The notes below the pieces were generated by a model. It did not search any database. It was not told where the DNA came from and saw only the letters and a list, made by a program, of their open reading frames with translations. Source: Antedon mediterranea (lineage: Eukaryota; Animalia; Echinodermata). Taken from it: 64,000 nt of DNA. The stretch spans positions 5,642,001 to 5,706,000 of the forward strand of contig NC_092671.1 of NCBI RefSeq assembly GCF_964355755.1, written 5' to 3'. The position numbers and the translations under genes were made by a program. This document shows positions 27,351-48,957 of this stretch, in pieces. Position 1 is the stretch's first letter. The number at the start of each line of letters is the position of its first letter.

Positions 27351-29708
27351 ATGAATGTTTTAGGAGGGGGAACGAGTATCTATTTTATTGTGATACTAAC
27401 GACTTTTTATCAAGAGTTATTGAGTGTTGATTGTTTTCGAAATCTGAAGGAACCAAATAAATCTAAATCGCGATGCGAACTTGCTGGTGCTGTGCCGTTT
27501 GAGGAGGTGCATTGCACAAGAGAAAGTGAAACCGATCTTGTATGTACAGATATTGATATAGAGAGGGAGGATCTGAGATCAAGGCATGCCCGCAGCAACA
27601 ATAATCTGCAGCTAACGCATACAGAGGATTTTGATGTCATAAAATATCATTACAATAAACCTAAAGACATTCAGTATGTATGTGATAGTAGAAACGACTA
27701 TAAAATTAACGGTGGAGTCGGTACAAGAAAACTTGCAGCCGTGGAAGAGGAAGAGATAAGAGAACCAAATATCGAATCTCCTCATTGTGTTATCAATGTA
27801 TTTCTACCAAAGGACAGGAATGAAACTATGCCTGGTGATTTGGTAGACTTCGTTTGTATGACATATGGTGGAAATCCTCTGCCAAAAGTCAAACTCTTTC
27901 ATGGAGATGTTGAACTTGCCGCCATTGACCAGACTTTCGACGACACCGTGCAATTTTACTATCGAAAAAATGTTTATGAAGAGGACAACGGATTGGCTTT
28001 CTCTTGCGTAATGGATACACCTGCTTTAAAATCGCAGCGTGTTTGTACTGCTCAGGCGCTCTTAATTCCTCCGACAGCAGATGTTGCGCCAACACGATTT
28101 AATGGTCTTCTCGGAGAAACGGTAACTTTCACCTGTAATGCTGAAGGAATTCCGTCAATCGTTAGTTACACCTGGAAAACGACACCGCTAAACGCAATGA
28201 GAAAAATGGGCAAACGTTTACAAATATCTAATGATAGAACCTCTGTGACGGTAAGAAATCTTAAAAGACAGGATCATAAGGTTCGGTTTTATTGTACAGT
28301 TGCAACAGAAAACGGACTAACGGCCGAATCTCGTGGAAAGATCTGGTTAGATCTACCGACTACGACAATGCCTCCCACAACGACAGTATTGACAACGACA
28401 CAGAAAACGACACGGAAACAGACTACAACTGCAATGCAGCGTATATCAAGTTTAGTTGATACCGCAGACATTGGCCCTGCTATTGCTATAACACAAACAC
28501 CTAAAGACGGAACGGGACAAGTCCCAAAACTACGCACAATGCTTCCACCACGTTTACCTCAGATGACCACAGAGCCACCAGTGAACGCAACCGACGTTGG
28601 AAGCGTCATTCCGGAGGATGACGTCAGCATAACGCAACGTATTATTGTTATTGTTGTTCTTTGTTTGCTATTCTTGTTTATTCTTGTTTGCTTAATCATC
28701 TGGATAACGTATCGTAAGTTTAAATATACTAAGCCCAGAAGCAAACTAACTTTAGACCAAATTGTCATTGTTAAACCAAGGGTACACCATGACGTACATA
28801 CAGATCGTGATGACTACGCTGTACCAGAAGTACCAGACGACGTCGACGATTCAGGATTGTATAGTCCTCTGCGTCCAAGCAGTAATGAAGCTGGTCTGTT
28901 TGTGAGCCGAGAGTGCGAGAATAACAACACTATTGACGAACCTGACTCACCAATATACGCTACTCCCATGACTAAACGGAAAGATCCCGAGGGTAGTGAA
29001 ACACCGAACGACGACGAGATGTGTCATGACCCTACTGCCATTCAAAATGGCGGCGTTACCTACGCGACGTGTATGAAACAGATGTATAAAAACAAACTAT
29101 CAACCAAAGAGTGTTCGTCGTTTGAAGAATTGTTTAAAAACTTTGACAATACCCAACGACGTTTGTTTTCATCGCAGTCACTTAGTAGCCTGCTTTTCTC
29201 TGAAGATGCAGACGGCTACTTAGCGCCTTCAATTGCTGGAAGCCAGGCTAACATACCACCCTCAGACAAACCAGTAAAGTCCAAAATTGAGCGATCAAAA
29301 TCATTCGCAGCGCCGCCATCAGAACCTATATACACATCTCTTGACACGCTTCTTGATTCGAACAAACCCATTGATGTGCAATTTACAAAGGCAAATCACA
29401 CCAGTAGCCCTTCTAAGGCGGCGGTGGTAGTAGAAAGTAAAAACACTCAACCTAAAAAAACAGACCAACAGCCAGCCGTGCCTAAGAATGAACCAAGTAA
29501 AATAACGAGACCTAAAACTCTTCCTAAGGAACCACCGAAAGTAGCTAAGAAACCGGTAAATCGAAATAAATCCTCAAACGAATACTCTCAAATACAGCGA
29601 AAGCGTCCGAAGGCACCTCAGGAAGCCTCATACCTCTCATTTTCACCGATGTTCAGCCCTGAGAAACCATCATACGTTCCGCGAAAACCGGCGTCATTTA
29701 TATCATAA
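27351..29708 (+). CDS. Ig-superfamily type I membrane receptor, 785 aa, coding region in one exon
   Basis: Uninterrupted ORF with first ATG at 27,351. Signal peptide (MNVLGGGTSIYFIVILTTF...), Ig-like domains (FVCMTYGGNPLPKVK...DNGLAFSCV; VTFTCNAEGIPSIVSYTW...FYCTVAT), Thr-rich stalk, TM helix IIVIVVLCLLFLFILVCLIIWITY followed by RKFK, long Tyr/Pro/Lys-rich tail. Candidate acceptor ~26,918; AATAAA at 30,563. Confidence 0.88.
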   Translation: MNVLGGGTSIYFIVILTTFYQELLSVDCFRNLKEPNKSKSRCELAGAVPFEEVHCTRESETDLVCTDIDIEREDLRSRHARSNNNLQLTHTEDFDVIKYHYNKPKDIQYVCDSRNDYKINGGVGTRKLAAVEEEEIREPNIESPHCVINVFLPKDRNETMPGDLVDFVCMTYGGNPLPKVKLFHGDVELAAIDQTFDDTVQFYYRKNVYEEDNGLAFSCVMDTPALKSQRVCTAQALLIPPTADVAPTRFNGLLGETVTFTCNAEGIPSIVSYTWKTTPLNAMRKMGKRLQISNDRTSVTVRNLKRQDHKVRFYCTVATENGLTAESRGKIWLDLPTTTMPPTTTVLTTTQKTTRKQTTTAMQRISSLVDTADIGPAIAITQTPKDGTGQVPKLRTMLPPRLPQMTTEPPVNATDVGSVIPEDDVSITQRIIVIVVLCLLFLFILVCLIIWITYRKFKYTKPRSKLTLDQIVIVKPRVHHDVHTDRDDYAVPEVPDDVDDSGLYSPLRPSSNEAGLFVSRECENNNTIDEPDSPIYATPMTKRKDPEGSETPNDDEMCHDPTAIQNGGVTYATCMKQMYKNKLSTKECSSFEELFKNFDNTQRRLFSSQSLSSLLFSEDADGYLAPSIAGSQANIPPSDKPVKSKIERSKSFAAPPSEPIYTSLDTLLDSNKPIDVQFTKANHTSSPSKAAVVVESKNTQPKKTDQQPAVPKNEPSKITRPKTLPKEPPKVAKKPVNRNKSSNEYSQIQRKRPKAPQEASYLSFSPMFSPEKPSYVPRKPASFIS

Positions 29709-31279
29709 TGTTGTCGTATTGGTAGCCTAAATTCTTTAAAAGAGACTGTAGATTTAGGTTCTTAAGAACAATATTCTCTAGCATGCCATGTACTGTAAAT
29801 ATTTGAACATTATATGTGTGCACTGCGAAAGTTGTCATGTTCTATGTATCTATCTATCATTATAACCAAGAATGATAATTCGCCGGAATGTACTGCGGTA
29901 TGATCACATAATATTCAGAATTTCAAATTTTACCAGTATTTTATATTAGGTAGGCCTCCAAAATACAGAGTATTGTGAATTGTTTTTGATAGGGTATTTC
30001 ATACAATAAGGCTGCAAGTTATGCTGCTGCAATCGATTAGAATTATAATATTGATGATAGAAAGATTCACAAAGTCACTCACATATGAGTTACATCAACC
30101 AAAAGGACAGTCTTTATATTTTATATAAGATATACTACATTGTAACTACACGTTAACAGAACAATCATCCCAAGATTGAGATTATTATTATAGGCCTACT
30201 GTATTATTATGATTATATTATTAGTCAATGTTAAAAGCCACTTTAATTAAAAATATGATGGATTGACAAAATGAACTGCTCATTGAAATAAAAGCATAAG
30301 TCAGAGATGTTAAGGGGTATAAGTTACATATTATATTTTTAAGAACAACAATAGACCACTGCCAATAATAGGCCAAATGAACTCACTGTAGCAACAATGT
30401 CATAATTTCAACCAGTTATACGAGTGCCGTGGGTAAAATCGAATCATATTTTTTAAAGGAGTAATCATTTTAATTTGTGTAACCAAGTTATATTCCTGTT
30501 ATACTTAGCGATTTTAATATTTTAAGGACACTGAAAGAGTGTTTAAAAATATACTATTGTTTAATAAATTGTACTGATATTATAATTCATATTTTCAGTC
30601 TTTATTTGCTGTTATGTTTGACATATTCCTCGTTGACGCTGCTCTTTGCATTCACTACAGGTTAAGTTGAGTTAACATCATTTTACTGAAAAACCAAAAT
30701 ACCACCAAACGGAGACAATTTAGAGTGACAATAGGAAAAAGTGGGGAGTTGACTAACTAATCAAAGACAGTTCTTACAAGAGGCCGATCTTATTAATGGA
30801 CCATGTAAAGAAAAACTGTCAAAAATGTTTCGAATATTAATAAAACGACAATATTTTAACACGTTTCATACGTATACTTCAGACAAAAATACCACCAAAC
30901 GGTGACGATTTAAAACAGTGAGAGTAAGGAAAGAGAGAAAAGTGGAGAGTTGACCAAACTGTTTCGAATATTAGTAAAACGACAATATTCTAGCACATAT
31001 GGAGTTTCATACGTATAATACTCCAGACAAAAATCGAAACATTGACTGATGGACTAACATAAAAAAAGGACAATATAAATAGACTTTGGGCAAGAAAAAA
31101 CGACATGAACTTATTAAAGGATTAAGCGCGCAGTAAATGCAAATTGAGTTATATGAACGAAATTCTGTTTTGAGTGTTGAACGTTGCCAAATTGTTATTC
31201 TTGTATAAATTCAAACCACCCCATGTACTTATACGAACAAGTAAATAAATCAATGTACGTGCACAATACAGTACAATTA

Positions 31280-31540
31280 TTAAATTGGAGAGATAAGACG
31301 AGGCTTAACCTGCGTCTCTTGGGGATAAACTTTTCCTCGCCTGACTCTCCCTAACGCGTGTTTGTCTTGTTCCAATTGTCGCCTGGGACTTGTACAACAA
31401 GCCAGATGGATAAAAAGACCTTTAGAAAGACTTCCTGAATGTAGATCACCCCATGGATATGACTTCTGGTCGTTCATGAACAGAACCACATGACGTTCAA
31501 CCGATAGCAAAAACACATACTTTCTTGGCGAAAAAATCAT
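31280..31540 (-). CDS. Candidate small protein (86 aa) in the terminal exon of an unrecognised minus-strand transcript
   Basis: ORF MIFSPRKY...KPRLISPI. Polypyrimidine tract plus cag acceptor at ~31,671, candidate donor cag|gtaaaa at 32,830, minus-strand AATAAA at ~30,601. Confidence 0.35.
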   Translation of the reverse strand: MIFSPRKYVFLLSVERHVVLFMNDQKSYPWGDLHSGSLSKGLFIHLACCTSPRRQLEQDKHALGRVRRGKVYPQETQVKPRLISPI

Positions 31541-31802
31541 TTCCCGAGAACAATAGAAAAGTTGTAATTTAATATTCGAGACAAAAGAGATTTCGATTTT
31601 GACACACAACTCGTTAATCACAGATACTTGGTTTACTGAAAATAAATCATTTTGTTGGAAACAATACAAACTGCTAATTGTTTAAAAGAACGAAAAGAAA
31701 ATCATTAGAAAAACATATAATATTATTGGTCGTGTTCATACTACAACACCATCCAACAGCCACTCAAATGGAGCAATATAGGCTAATGTAATATACATTT
31801 TC

Positions 31803-31916
31803 TAAAGCTCTGTCTACACTACCAAACTTTGTGACAAAAAAAATGTGATGTGTCCATATATAGACATAATGATGTCATATCACTACCATATTTGGGCATA
31901 TCACTACCATATTTGA
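31803..31916. mobile_element. Truncated copy of the AAGCTCTGTCTACAC MITE family
   Basis: One TIR (taaagctctgtctacactaccaaact) plus the internal atatcactaccatatttg motif. Confidence 0.75.
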
Positions 31917-32387
31917 AGAATATCAACCGCATAAAAAACGTGCACCATCAATATGATGTGGTCTGTATGAAAAATGCTCCGGGTTATTGTTAAAAAATAG
32001 GGAAAGACTAATTTTACGCTTTTCGGTTATACGACAGTACAAGAATACACGCTCCCAGCAGATACTGTTAAATACTCAATTCTATACAATAGCTCGAAAA
32101 TGCAAATTGCCTTTTATATTTCTGATATAATTCTCTAAGGAATTATTAGCGCGAAACGTGTTTTAAAGTGGAATGGGTTTTAGAGCTCCGGAAGTCGGTA
32201 TTTGTTTGAAAGTATAGGATAATACTCATTTTTCTCAAGGGCGATGCAACTACATCAGGATGACCTCTCGTTCGCTTGATGTAAAAATAAATTATTCCAT
32301 CTCCATTTTTAGATAAAAAGGAAATATCAACAAAACAATAGGGTCGCGTCTTTTTATGGAGGCCCCTGGTTTATCACAAACTCCCAT

Positions 32388-32685
32388 CAATTGAAATAAA
32401 TTCGCTCTCATTTTGGAAAAATTGACCAAATTCAGTTTCTTTTTTTAAGAGGACATTAGGGAATGTTCTTCCAATAACCACAAAAAGCAATTGAAATAAA
32501 TTCGCTCTCATTTGGAAACATTGACCAAATTCAGTGTTTTTTTTTAGCAGGACATTAGGAAATGTTCTTCCAATAACCACAAAAAGCATTTGAAATAAAT
32601 TCGCTCCAATTTGGAAAAATTGACCAAATTCAGTGTCTTTTTTTAGCAGGACATTAGGAAATGTTCTTCCAATAGTCACAAAAAT
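32388..32685. repeat. Tandem repeat, 3 x ~99-100 bp
   Basis: Units start at 32,388, 32,488 and 32,587 (caattgaaataaattcgctc...aatgttcttccaata). Confidence 0.9.
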
Positions 32686-33819
32686 ATTACTGTATCTTGG
32701 TCTAAATTTTAGTTCATCTTCCAAAACATTGCTTCAGTAAAAGTTACACACTACTATTATTATTATATCAATCAAATACATTATTAATGTATGTATACAA
32801 TAACAATACATACACACAGTGACGTTTTACCTGTTTAGGAACAGAGTACATCAGCACACTACTTTAAACATAAGACACTTGTTATTAACTTGTGTTTATT
32901 TTCTGTCTAGTGCTATTGATAATAACCTACACGGTGATTACATATTGTACATGTTGTAGCAGATAACATTGATAATACGATGTACCAGGTCAATGATGAG
33001 GAGTTGAGAAGATAATGTAAATTAACTATCAAGGATCTATATGAATTATTGAACGATTTCCTAAAATTATAACATCTCTAAAAAAAGGTTTATTATTTCA
33101 ATGCGACTCATGACATTTTGAAGTAAGTTTTAAAGCCATGATGTTATGAGGTAACACGACGCCAAATAAAATATATTGATCTGTCAAAATTAAACAATAA
33201 AACATGACATGAAGTTAGGATGAAACACACGGCATATTTATTATTGTCATCATAAAAACAAGGTATGGATATTAAACCGAACTTGGATATTTTCATTTAG
33301 GCAATCGAAAATTCATTTCACGGAAATACCATTTTAAACTAGTGTATAGAAAAGGGGGAAACTACAATATTGTGTTTGACAACAAAACTGTATTTTGTGA
33401 TTCATAGTTGTCAGTTTAAAAACTACCAGTTATTGTTATAATTTAATAATAATCCTCCTATTAACCATACGTTTAATTAATGCAGTTGTGTTGATATATA
33501 GAACGAGGTTGTTGATGATGATTATGTATTTATACCTTGGATACATTATCTTTTCCGTTATGTTTACACAATGGTTAAAATAAATGATATTAAATCGCGT
33601 TCACACTGTAAACGATTGAGTCATTGAGGTCACGCCCTACTATCGACTTAATGCGAAAATGATGATTATAGGAAAGCGCAATTGGTTGATGAATAAACGC
33701 TCGATGTCCGAGGGTATTTTCGTCGAGCGGTTGTCAAAAAAATCGCTTTGCGGAAAAAACAATTAAAAAAAAGTGACAATAATTTTATAATTTTATATGT
33801 TAAATTTAATTTGACAAAG

Positions 33820-33897
33820 GCATGAATGAAAACACATCAAACGGTAATGTTCCATAGCAGGTTTTCCATTACCATCATCATTAAGACCAAAATCCAG
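33820..33897 (-). promoter_or_regulatory. SECIS element (form 2) in the SELENOO 3' UTR
   Basis: Minus strand reads A-UGAU-GAUGGUAAUG-G-AAAA-CC(UGCUAU)GG-AA-CAUUACCGUU-UGAU. UGAU/UGAU quartet, fully paired 10-bp helix II, unpaired AAAA and an apical mini-stem. Core at 33,836-33,881. Confidence 0.88.
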
Positions 33898-34849
33898 AAA
33901 ACAATTTAGTATACATTTTAACATTATCTATTATACTTATACTAGTACAATCAATGCTATATAAATAATACATTGTCATATAATACACCTAATTACACAA
34001 TTATATTATCAATTTGTGCATATTAATACCCAATACAGTATTATTTTAAATTGTGCGCAAGATTTTATGAACGTACAGATATGAAAGCAAATGTTCGACT
34101 GAGTTCACGGAGAAGGAAAGCCCACCCACCTTCACCCAGTAGAATATTGCACCTGAAGTTCCTAAGGAATTGAGTTGGATTATATAAGTGAGGAATCTGG
34201 ATCAAGGAGATAATACTGCACTCGTGGACAGTTAACCGTCATATTGAGTCATCCAAATAAAAAAACCTGATTGTTCGCAAAAAAATAAAATTAATTATTT
34301 TAACAGATTTCGAGTAAATCTATAGATAACAATAGATACAATGGTGCATCCTAAAGGTCACTCTTGAATACTAGCGGTCAAGCATTTACTAAAAAACCTT
34401 CAGACAAAAGAAATTAAATCAAGTAGAAATTTCCTGCCAACTTGAGCAACACCAATGAACTTGGAGATGTGTTAAATGACGGGAAAGGATTGAGAGGTCT
34501 TCTGGGACCTAGTATCATCCTCCCTAGCACAAGTAGTGTTCTACTTGACATAACCTTAGGCTCATGCAGTGCTACCGGCTGAGTCATCGTAAGGAAGAGG
34601 AACTTTACCCGGCCAATAGACGGTGATTGGTGTGTAAATGTTGCCAAAATGTCACCATGTCCTTTGGGAGAAGACTTCAATGATTTCTTAGGAATAGTAA
34701 ATTCAATTATTCTTATTTACAGGGGGTGATCTCTACAGATTAAGCTTGTCACACATTGAAACCATGTAAGCTAAAATAGATAATACGTTGATCATCTTAT
34801 ATTGTGCTGAATGCACAAAGACGCTTAGTTAGCTCTTCACATTATTACC

Positions 34850-35090
34850 CCTGGATCAAACACGTATGGAAACATACTCCCATAATGTTGCAGCCAATAA
34901 TCAGCGCAGTTATAAACACAGTTGTGTTTTGACCTATAATATCAGGTACTTATTTGTACACCTGGGTGAAGAGAGGCAAATGTAAGTAAAGTGTCTCGCC
35001 CAAAGATAAAAGCAATGTGATGAGCTTTGGATTCGAACTCACAATCTCACGATCAATAGTCCATCGTACAAAACACTGCGTCACACGTGC
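34850..35090 (-). mobile_element. tRNA-derived SINE in the inferred SELENOO 3' UTR
   Basis: Minus-strand B box GAGTTCGAATCC followed by TTGGGCGAGACACTT...CACCCAGGTGTACAAATAAGTACC, a central motif typical of invertebrate SINEs. Confidence 0.65.
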
Positions 35091-35461
35091 TTACATATAT
35101 AGATGGACAAGAATGGTTAAAGTAATAGAGCATTGAAATGGAAAGAAGCATCAAGCAATACAATTGATTGCCAATGAAACTATACACAAGTTATGTGCAA
35201 ACTACACTTAAATGAGGCTCTGCACAGTATAGGAAGATGATGATGATGATGAGTATTTTATACCATGTTTGTAAAATATAGGAATTGATATTACCATAAT
35301 TAAAACCAAGTAGCAATTCTAAAACAAATCCTTTATCAAAATCTTCATCAATTCATGAATGGAAATAAAATGCAAAAGTAGGGTATCTCAACACCAAAAA
35401 GAATTCATATTTTCATATTTGAAGAAATGCGAATTGTACGCATAACAAAAAGAGATACAGT

Positions 35462-35661
35462 CAGTGGCGTAACAAGATGACTGAGGCCCCTGGTTTAGGA
35501 ACCCTAAGTGGTCCTCAAACGCTGTAAGGCCTCGGGCGTTCTTAGCTTTTTCGACATATCTTAATGCCTGTTTTTTCCTCTTAGCACTGCTCAGGAGCCC
35601 CCATAAGCTCCGGGGCCCCTGGGTTTAGCCAGTGAGCCCTCATAGCCGTTACGATAGCTTA
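35462..35661. mobile_element. hAT-type MITE
   Basis: CAGTGGCGTAAC left end, degenerate GTTACG right end, internal GGGGCCCC motif, 8-bp direct repeat GATACAGT on both sides. Confidence 0.65.
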
Positions 35662-36878
35662 GATACAGTACTACTGGGGTACGGAATAATACTACTGTAC
35701 TGTGTATTATATATTTAAAGTATGTATCCGGCACATGTCATCAGGCACTTTAAGAATGACGTAACCCCACCCATCCAATTAACAATAAATCACATGATGG
35801 GATGAGATAAACGACAAGGAAGTGGTCTCTTGGGAGTATAACAACATGGTCAAGGTAGCGACTGCCTAATGTACCATACATAACAAGTATTATAATAGAT
35901 CTAGAGATGAGCTCCCGGATGCTGTTATAACCAGGATGGGTGGTCAAAGGGTTAAATAAAATTGAGTAATGGACTGTAACTAAACATATCTGCGGAGCTA
36001 TAGCTATAAAATAAGTAATACACAATACAAATGTTGACAGTATGTATGTACATAGATAAGGAGGATCATAAGTAGGATTCAGAATATTACTACATTGGCA
36101 AAATAAGTGATGTGGAAATACCAAAATAGTATGAATTATATGATGTAGGCCTACAGTATTAACTGATAACAGGGGAAAACCACATCAAAGTGGTTAGTAT
36201 TGCATTAATTAATAATAATTTGGACGATTAAACAATTTTTAATAGCATATTCAGAAACAATTTCTCCAATTACAATTACCAAACAGCAAAATATAAATTT
36301 TAATATTTACACTCTATGTATAAATATATATTGCATTTAAAAAAATTGTAAATTCATTTCCCAAATAAATCATTACTAATGAAAAGTACAGTTTTTAAAA
36401 TGACTATATTGTTTTCTGGATTGTATGGTCGTTGTCATTTAATACCTTCTAAAAATAAACACCTCAAAACTCTACAATTCATATTGTCAGATTGCAATTG
36501 TATTTGTTTACATAAAATTAGTATTTTGTCATTTTGCGATGATAAAATATGAATAATGATCTTTGCAACAGACACACTGCAAACTTATATGAAATAACAA
36601 TGTTCGATTTGCACAAATATGGGCATTATCAGTTATGACAATTCAAAGAAAAAATGATACATGTTAAATTTTCTGTATGTCTATCATAACATGATAAACC
36701 TTGGAAAATTGGGCCATTGCCTGATATACTTTGCTTTGATAAAGTTTGACCTCATAAATAATATTATGTAATCTGACAGTTACGACATTAAAATAAAAAA
36801 ATATTGAAATTTCATGTGATCTCAATTTGAAAACATTCCAAATTTCAAGACAATATGAATGTAATTATTTTGAGGTGT

Positions 36879-45819
<8,941 letters not shown>

Positions 45820-45985
45820 CCCCACCTCTCTACACAATTTTTATTCTCATACAGGTATATAAACTATACCAAACTGGCGAGTAAATCATGTTTTACTTTT
45901 TAAACCTCGCAACGTCTGGTTGAAAAGGCTACTCGGACCAATAATTTCTATTAGCCTAGGGGTTATTGCGATTTGGACGTTTCTG

Positions 45986-46031
45986 ATTGGCTGTAGCCAT
46001 GGACTATATTGATTAACACTGTTCTGATTGG
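45986..46031 (-). promoter_or_regulatory. Two CCAAT boxes upstream of SELENOO
   Basis: ctgattggct and ctgattggtt at ~170 and ~210 bp from the ATG. Confidence 0.4.
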
Positions 46032-46077
46032 TTGTAGCTTTGAATACATCTTCTCGGAACTCGTCCTTAATACAATA

Positions 46078-48560
46078 GCAATTTAGCACAGTGTTTTACT
46101 ATAATTAAATAGCAATTTAGGTAAATGTCTTTTGAAATGAAATTAAATAAATTATAACCAATTTGGTTAGAGTAAAACACAATGATAAAGAATAGGAAAC
46201 ATTTAATAATATGATAAATTACATTTACATAGCAATTTAGCACTGTGTTTTACTATAACAAATTTGGTTAGAGTAAAACACAATGATAAAGAATAAGAAA
46301 CATTTAATAACATGATAAATGACATTTAGCAATTTAGCACTGTGTTTTACTATAACCAATTTGGTTAGAGTAAAGCACAATGATAAAGAATAGGAAACAT
46401 TTAATAACATGATAAATGACATTCACATAGCAATTTAGCACTGTGTTTTACTATAACCAATCAGATTAGAGTAAAACACAATGATAAAGAATAGGAAACA
46501 TTTAATAATATGATATATAACATTTACATAGCAATTTAGCACTGTGTTTTACTATAACCAATTTGATTAGAGTAAAACACAACGATAAAGAATAGGAAAC
46601 ATTTCATAATATGATATATAACATTTACATAGCAATTTATCACTGTGTTTTACTATAACCAATTTGGTTAGAGTAAAACACAATGATAAAGAATAGGAAA
46701 CATTTAATAATATGATAAATTACATTTACAAAGCAATTTATCACTGTGTTTTACTATAACCAATTTGGTTAGAGTAAAACACAATGATAAAGAATAAGAA
46801 ACATTTAATAACATGATAAATGACATTTAGCAATTTAGCACTGTGTTTTACTATAACCAATTTGGTTAGAGTAAAGCACAATGATAAAGAATAGGAAACA
46901 TTTAATAACATGATAAATGACATTCACATAGCAATTTAGCACTGTGTTTTACTATAACCAATCAGATTAGAGTAAAACACAATGATAAAGAATAGGAAAC
47001 ATTTAATAATATGATATATAACATTTACATAGCAATTTAGCACTGTGTTTTACTATAACCAATTTGATTAGAGTAAAACACAACGATAAAGAATAGGAAA
47101 CATTAATTTAATAATATGATATATAACATTTACATAGCAATTTATCACTGTGTTTTACTATAACCAATTTGGTTAGAGTAAAACACAATGATAAAGAATA
47201 GGAAACATTTAATAATATGATAAATTACATTTACATAGCAATTTATCACTGTGTTTTACTATAACCAATTTGGTTAGAGTAAAACACAATGATAAAGAAT
47301 AAGAAACATTTAATAACATGATAAATGACATTTACATAGCAATTTAGCACTGTGTTTTACTATAACCAATTTGGTTAGAGTAAAACACAATGATAAAGAA
47401 TAAGAAACATTTAATAACATGATAAATGACATTTAGCAATTTAGCACTGTGTTTTACTATAACCAATTTGGTTAGAGTAAAGCACAATGATAAAGAATAG
47501 GAAACATTTAATAACATGATAAATGACATTCACATAGCAATTTAGCACTGTGTTTTACTATAACCAATCAGATTAGAGTAAAACACAATGATAAAGAATA
47601 GGAAACATTTAATAATATGATATATAACATTTACATAGCAATTTAGCACTGTGTTTTACTATAACCAATTTGATTAGAGTAAAACACAACGATAAAGAAT
47701 AGGAAACATTTAATAATATGATATATAACATTTACATAGCAATTTATCACTGTGTTTTACTATAACCAATTTGGTTAGAGTAAAACACAATGATAAAGAA
47801 TAAGAAACATTTAATAACATGATAAATGACATTTACATAGCAATTTAGCACTGTGTTTTACTATAACCAATTTGGTTAAAGTAAAGCACAATGATAAAGA
47901 ATAGGAAACATTTAATAACATGATAAATGACATTCACATAGCAATTTAGCACTGTGTTTTACTATAACCAATCAGATTAGAGTAAAACACAATGATAAAG
48001 AATAGGAAACATTTAATAATATGATATATAACATTTACATAGCAATTTAGCACTGTGTTTTACTATAACCAATTTGATTAGAGTAAAACTCAACGATAAA
48101 GAATAGGAAACATTTAATAACATGATAAATTACATTTACATAGCAATTTATCACTGTGTTTTACTATAACCAATTTGGTTAGAGTAAAACACAATGATAA
48201 AGAATAGGAAACATTTAATAATATGATAAATTACATTTACATAGCAATTTATCACTGTGTTTTACTATAACCAATTTGGTTAGAGTAAAACACAATGATA
48301 AAGAATAGGAATTTAATAATATGATATATAACATTTACATAGCAATTTAGCACTGTGTTTTACTATAACCAATTTGGTTATGGTAAAGCACAATGATAAA
48401 GAATAGGAAACATTTAAAAATATGATAAATGACATTCACATAGCAATTTAGCACTGTGTTTTACTATACCAATTTGATTAGAGTAAAACACAATGATAAA
48501 GAATATGAAACATTTAATAATATGATAAATTGCTAGCACTGTGTTTTACTATACCAATTT
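46078..48560 (+). repeat. Satellite array, ~24 x ~101 bp, palindromic monomer
   Basis: Units at 46,232, 46,329, 46,430, 46,531, 46,632, 46,733...; a 5-mer (~501 bp) higher-order repeat is visible. Confidence 0.95.
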
Positions 48561-48957
48561 AGTTTTGGATAAAGAATATGAATTTAAAGAATGGATATAA
48601 TATGATATGATACAATATGATTTTCTCCCAATTAGTAAGACATTTTGGAGTACTGCGTGCGTAGTGCACCTAACAAGATCATGTTCGCTATTTAAAACTC
48701 ACATTTTAAAACCGTAAACGCATAAATTTGCGGACATACTCGTAAAACACACTTCCAGAGATTTAATAATTTTAACAGTACTACAAAATCCATAATATAA
48801 AGTAGTATAGATTTGTACAAAAAGAGCAGAACAATTAAATTAACTGTCATTACATCTACTGAACTGTCTCATTACATCTACTGAAAAATTCATCGCGATG
48901 AATTTATTTATAATACACCAATCAGATCACACGCAATTAGTATGGAATGCCAGTTTA

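Noticed and set aside
32374-32724. 116-aa repetitive ORF
   Set aside because: Product of the 99-100 bp tandem repeat
34195-34245. SECIS-like AUGAC...CC hairpin resembling the mammalian SELENOO type
   Set aside because: No 3' GA in register, so no quartet; a complete SECIS exists at 33,836-33,881
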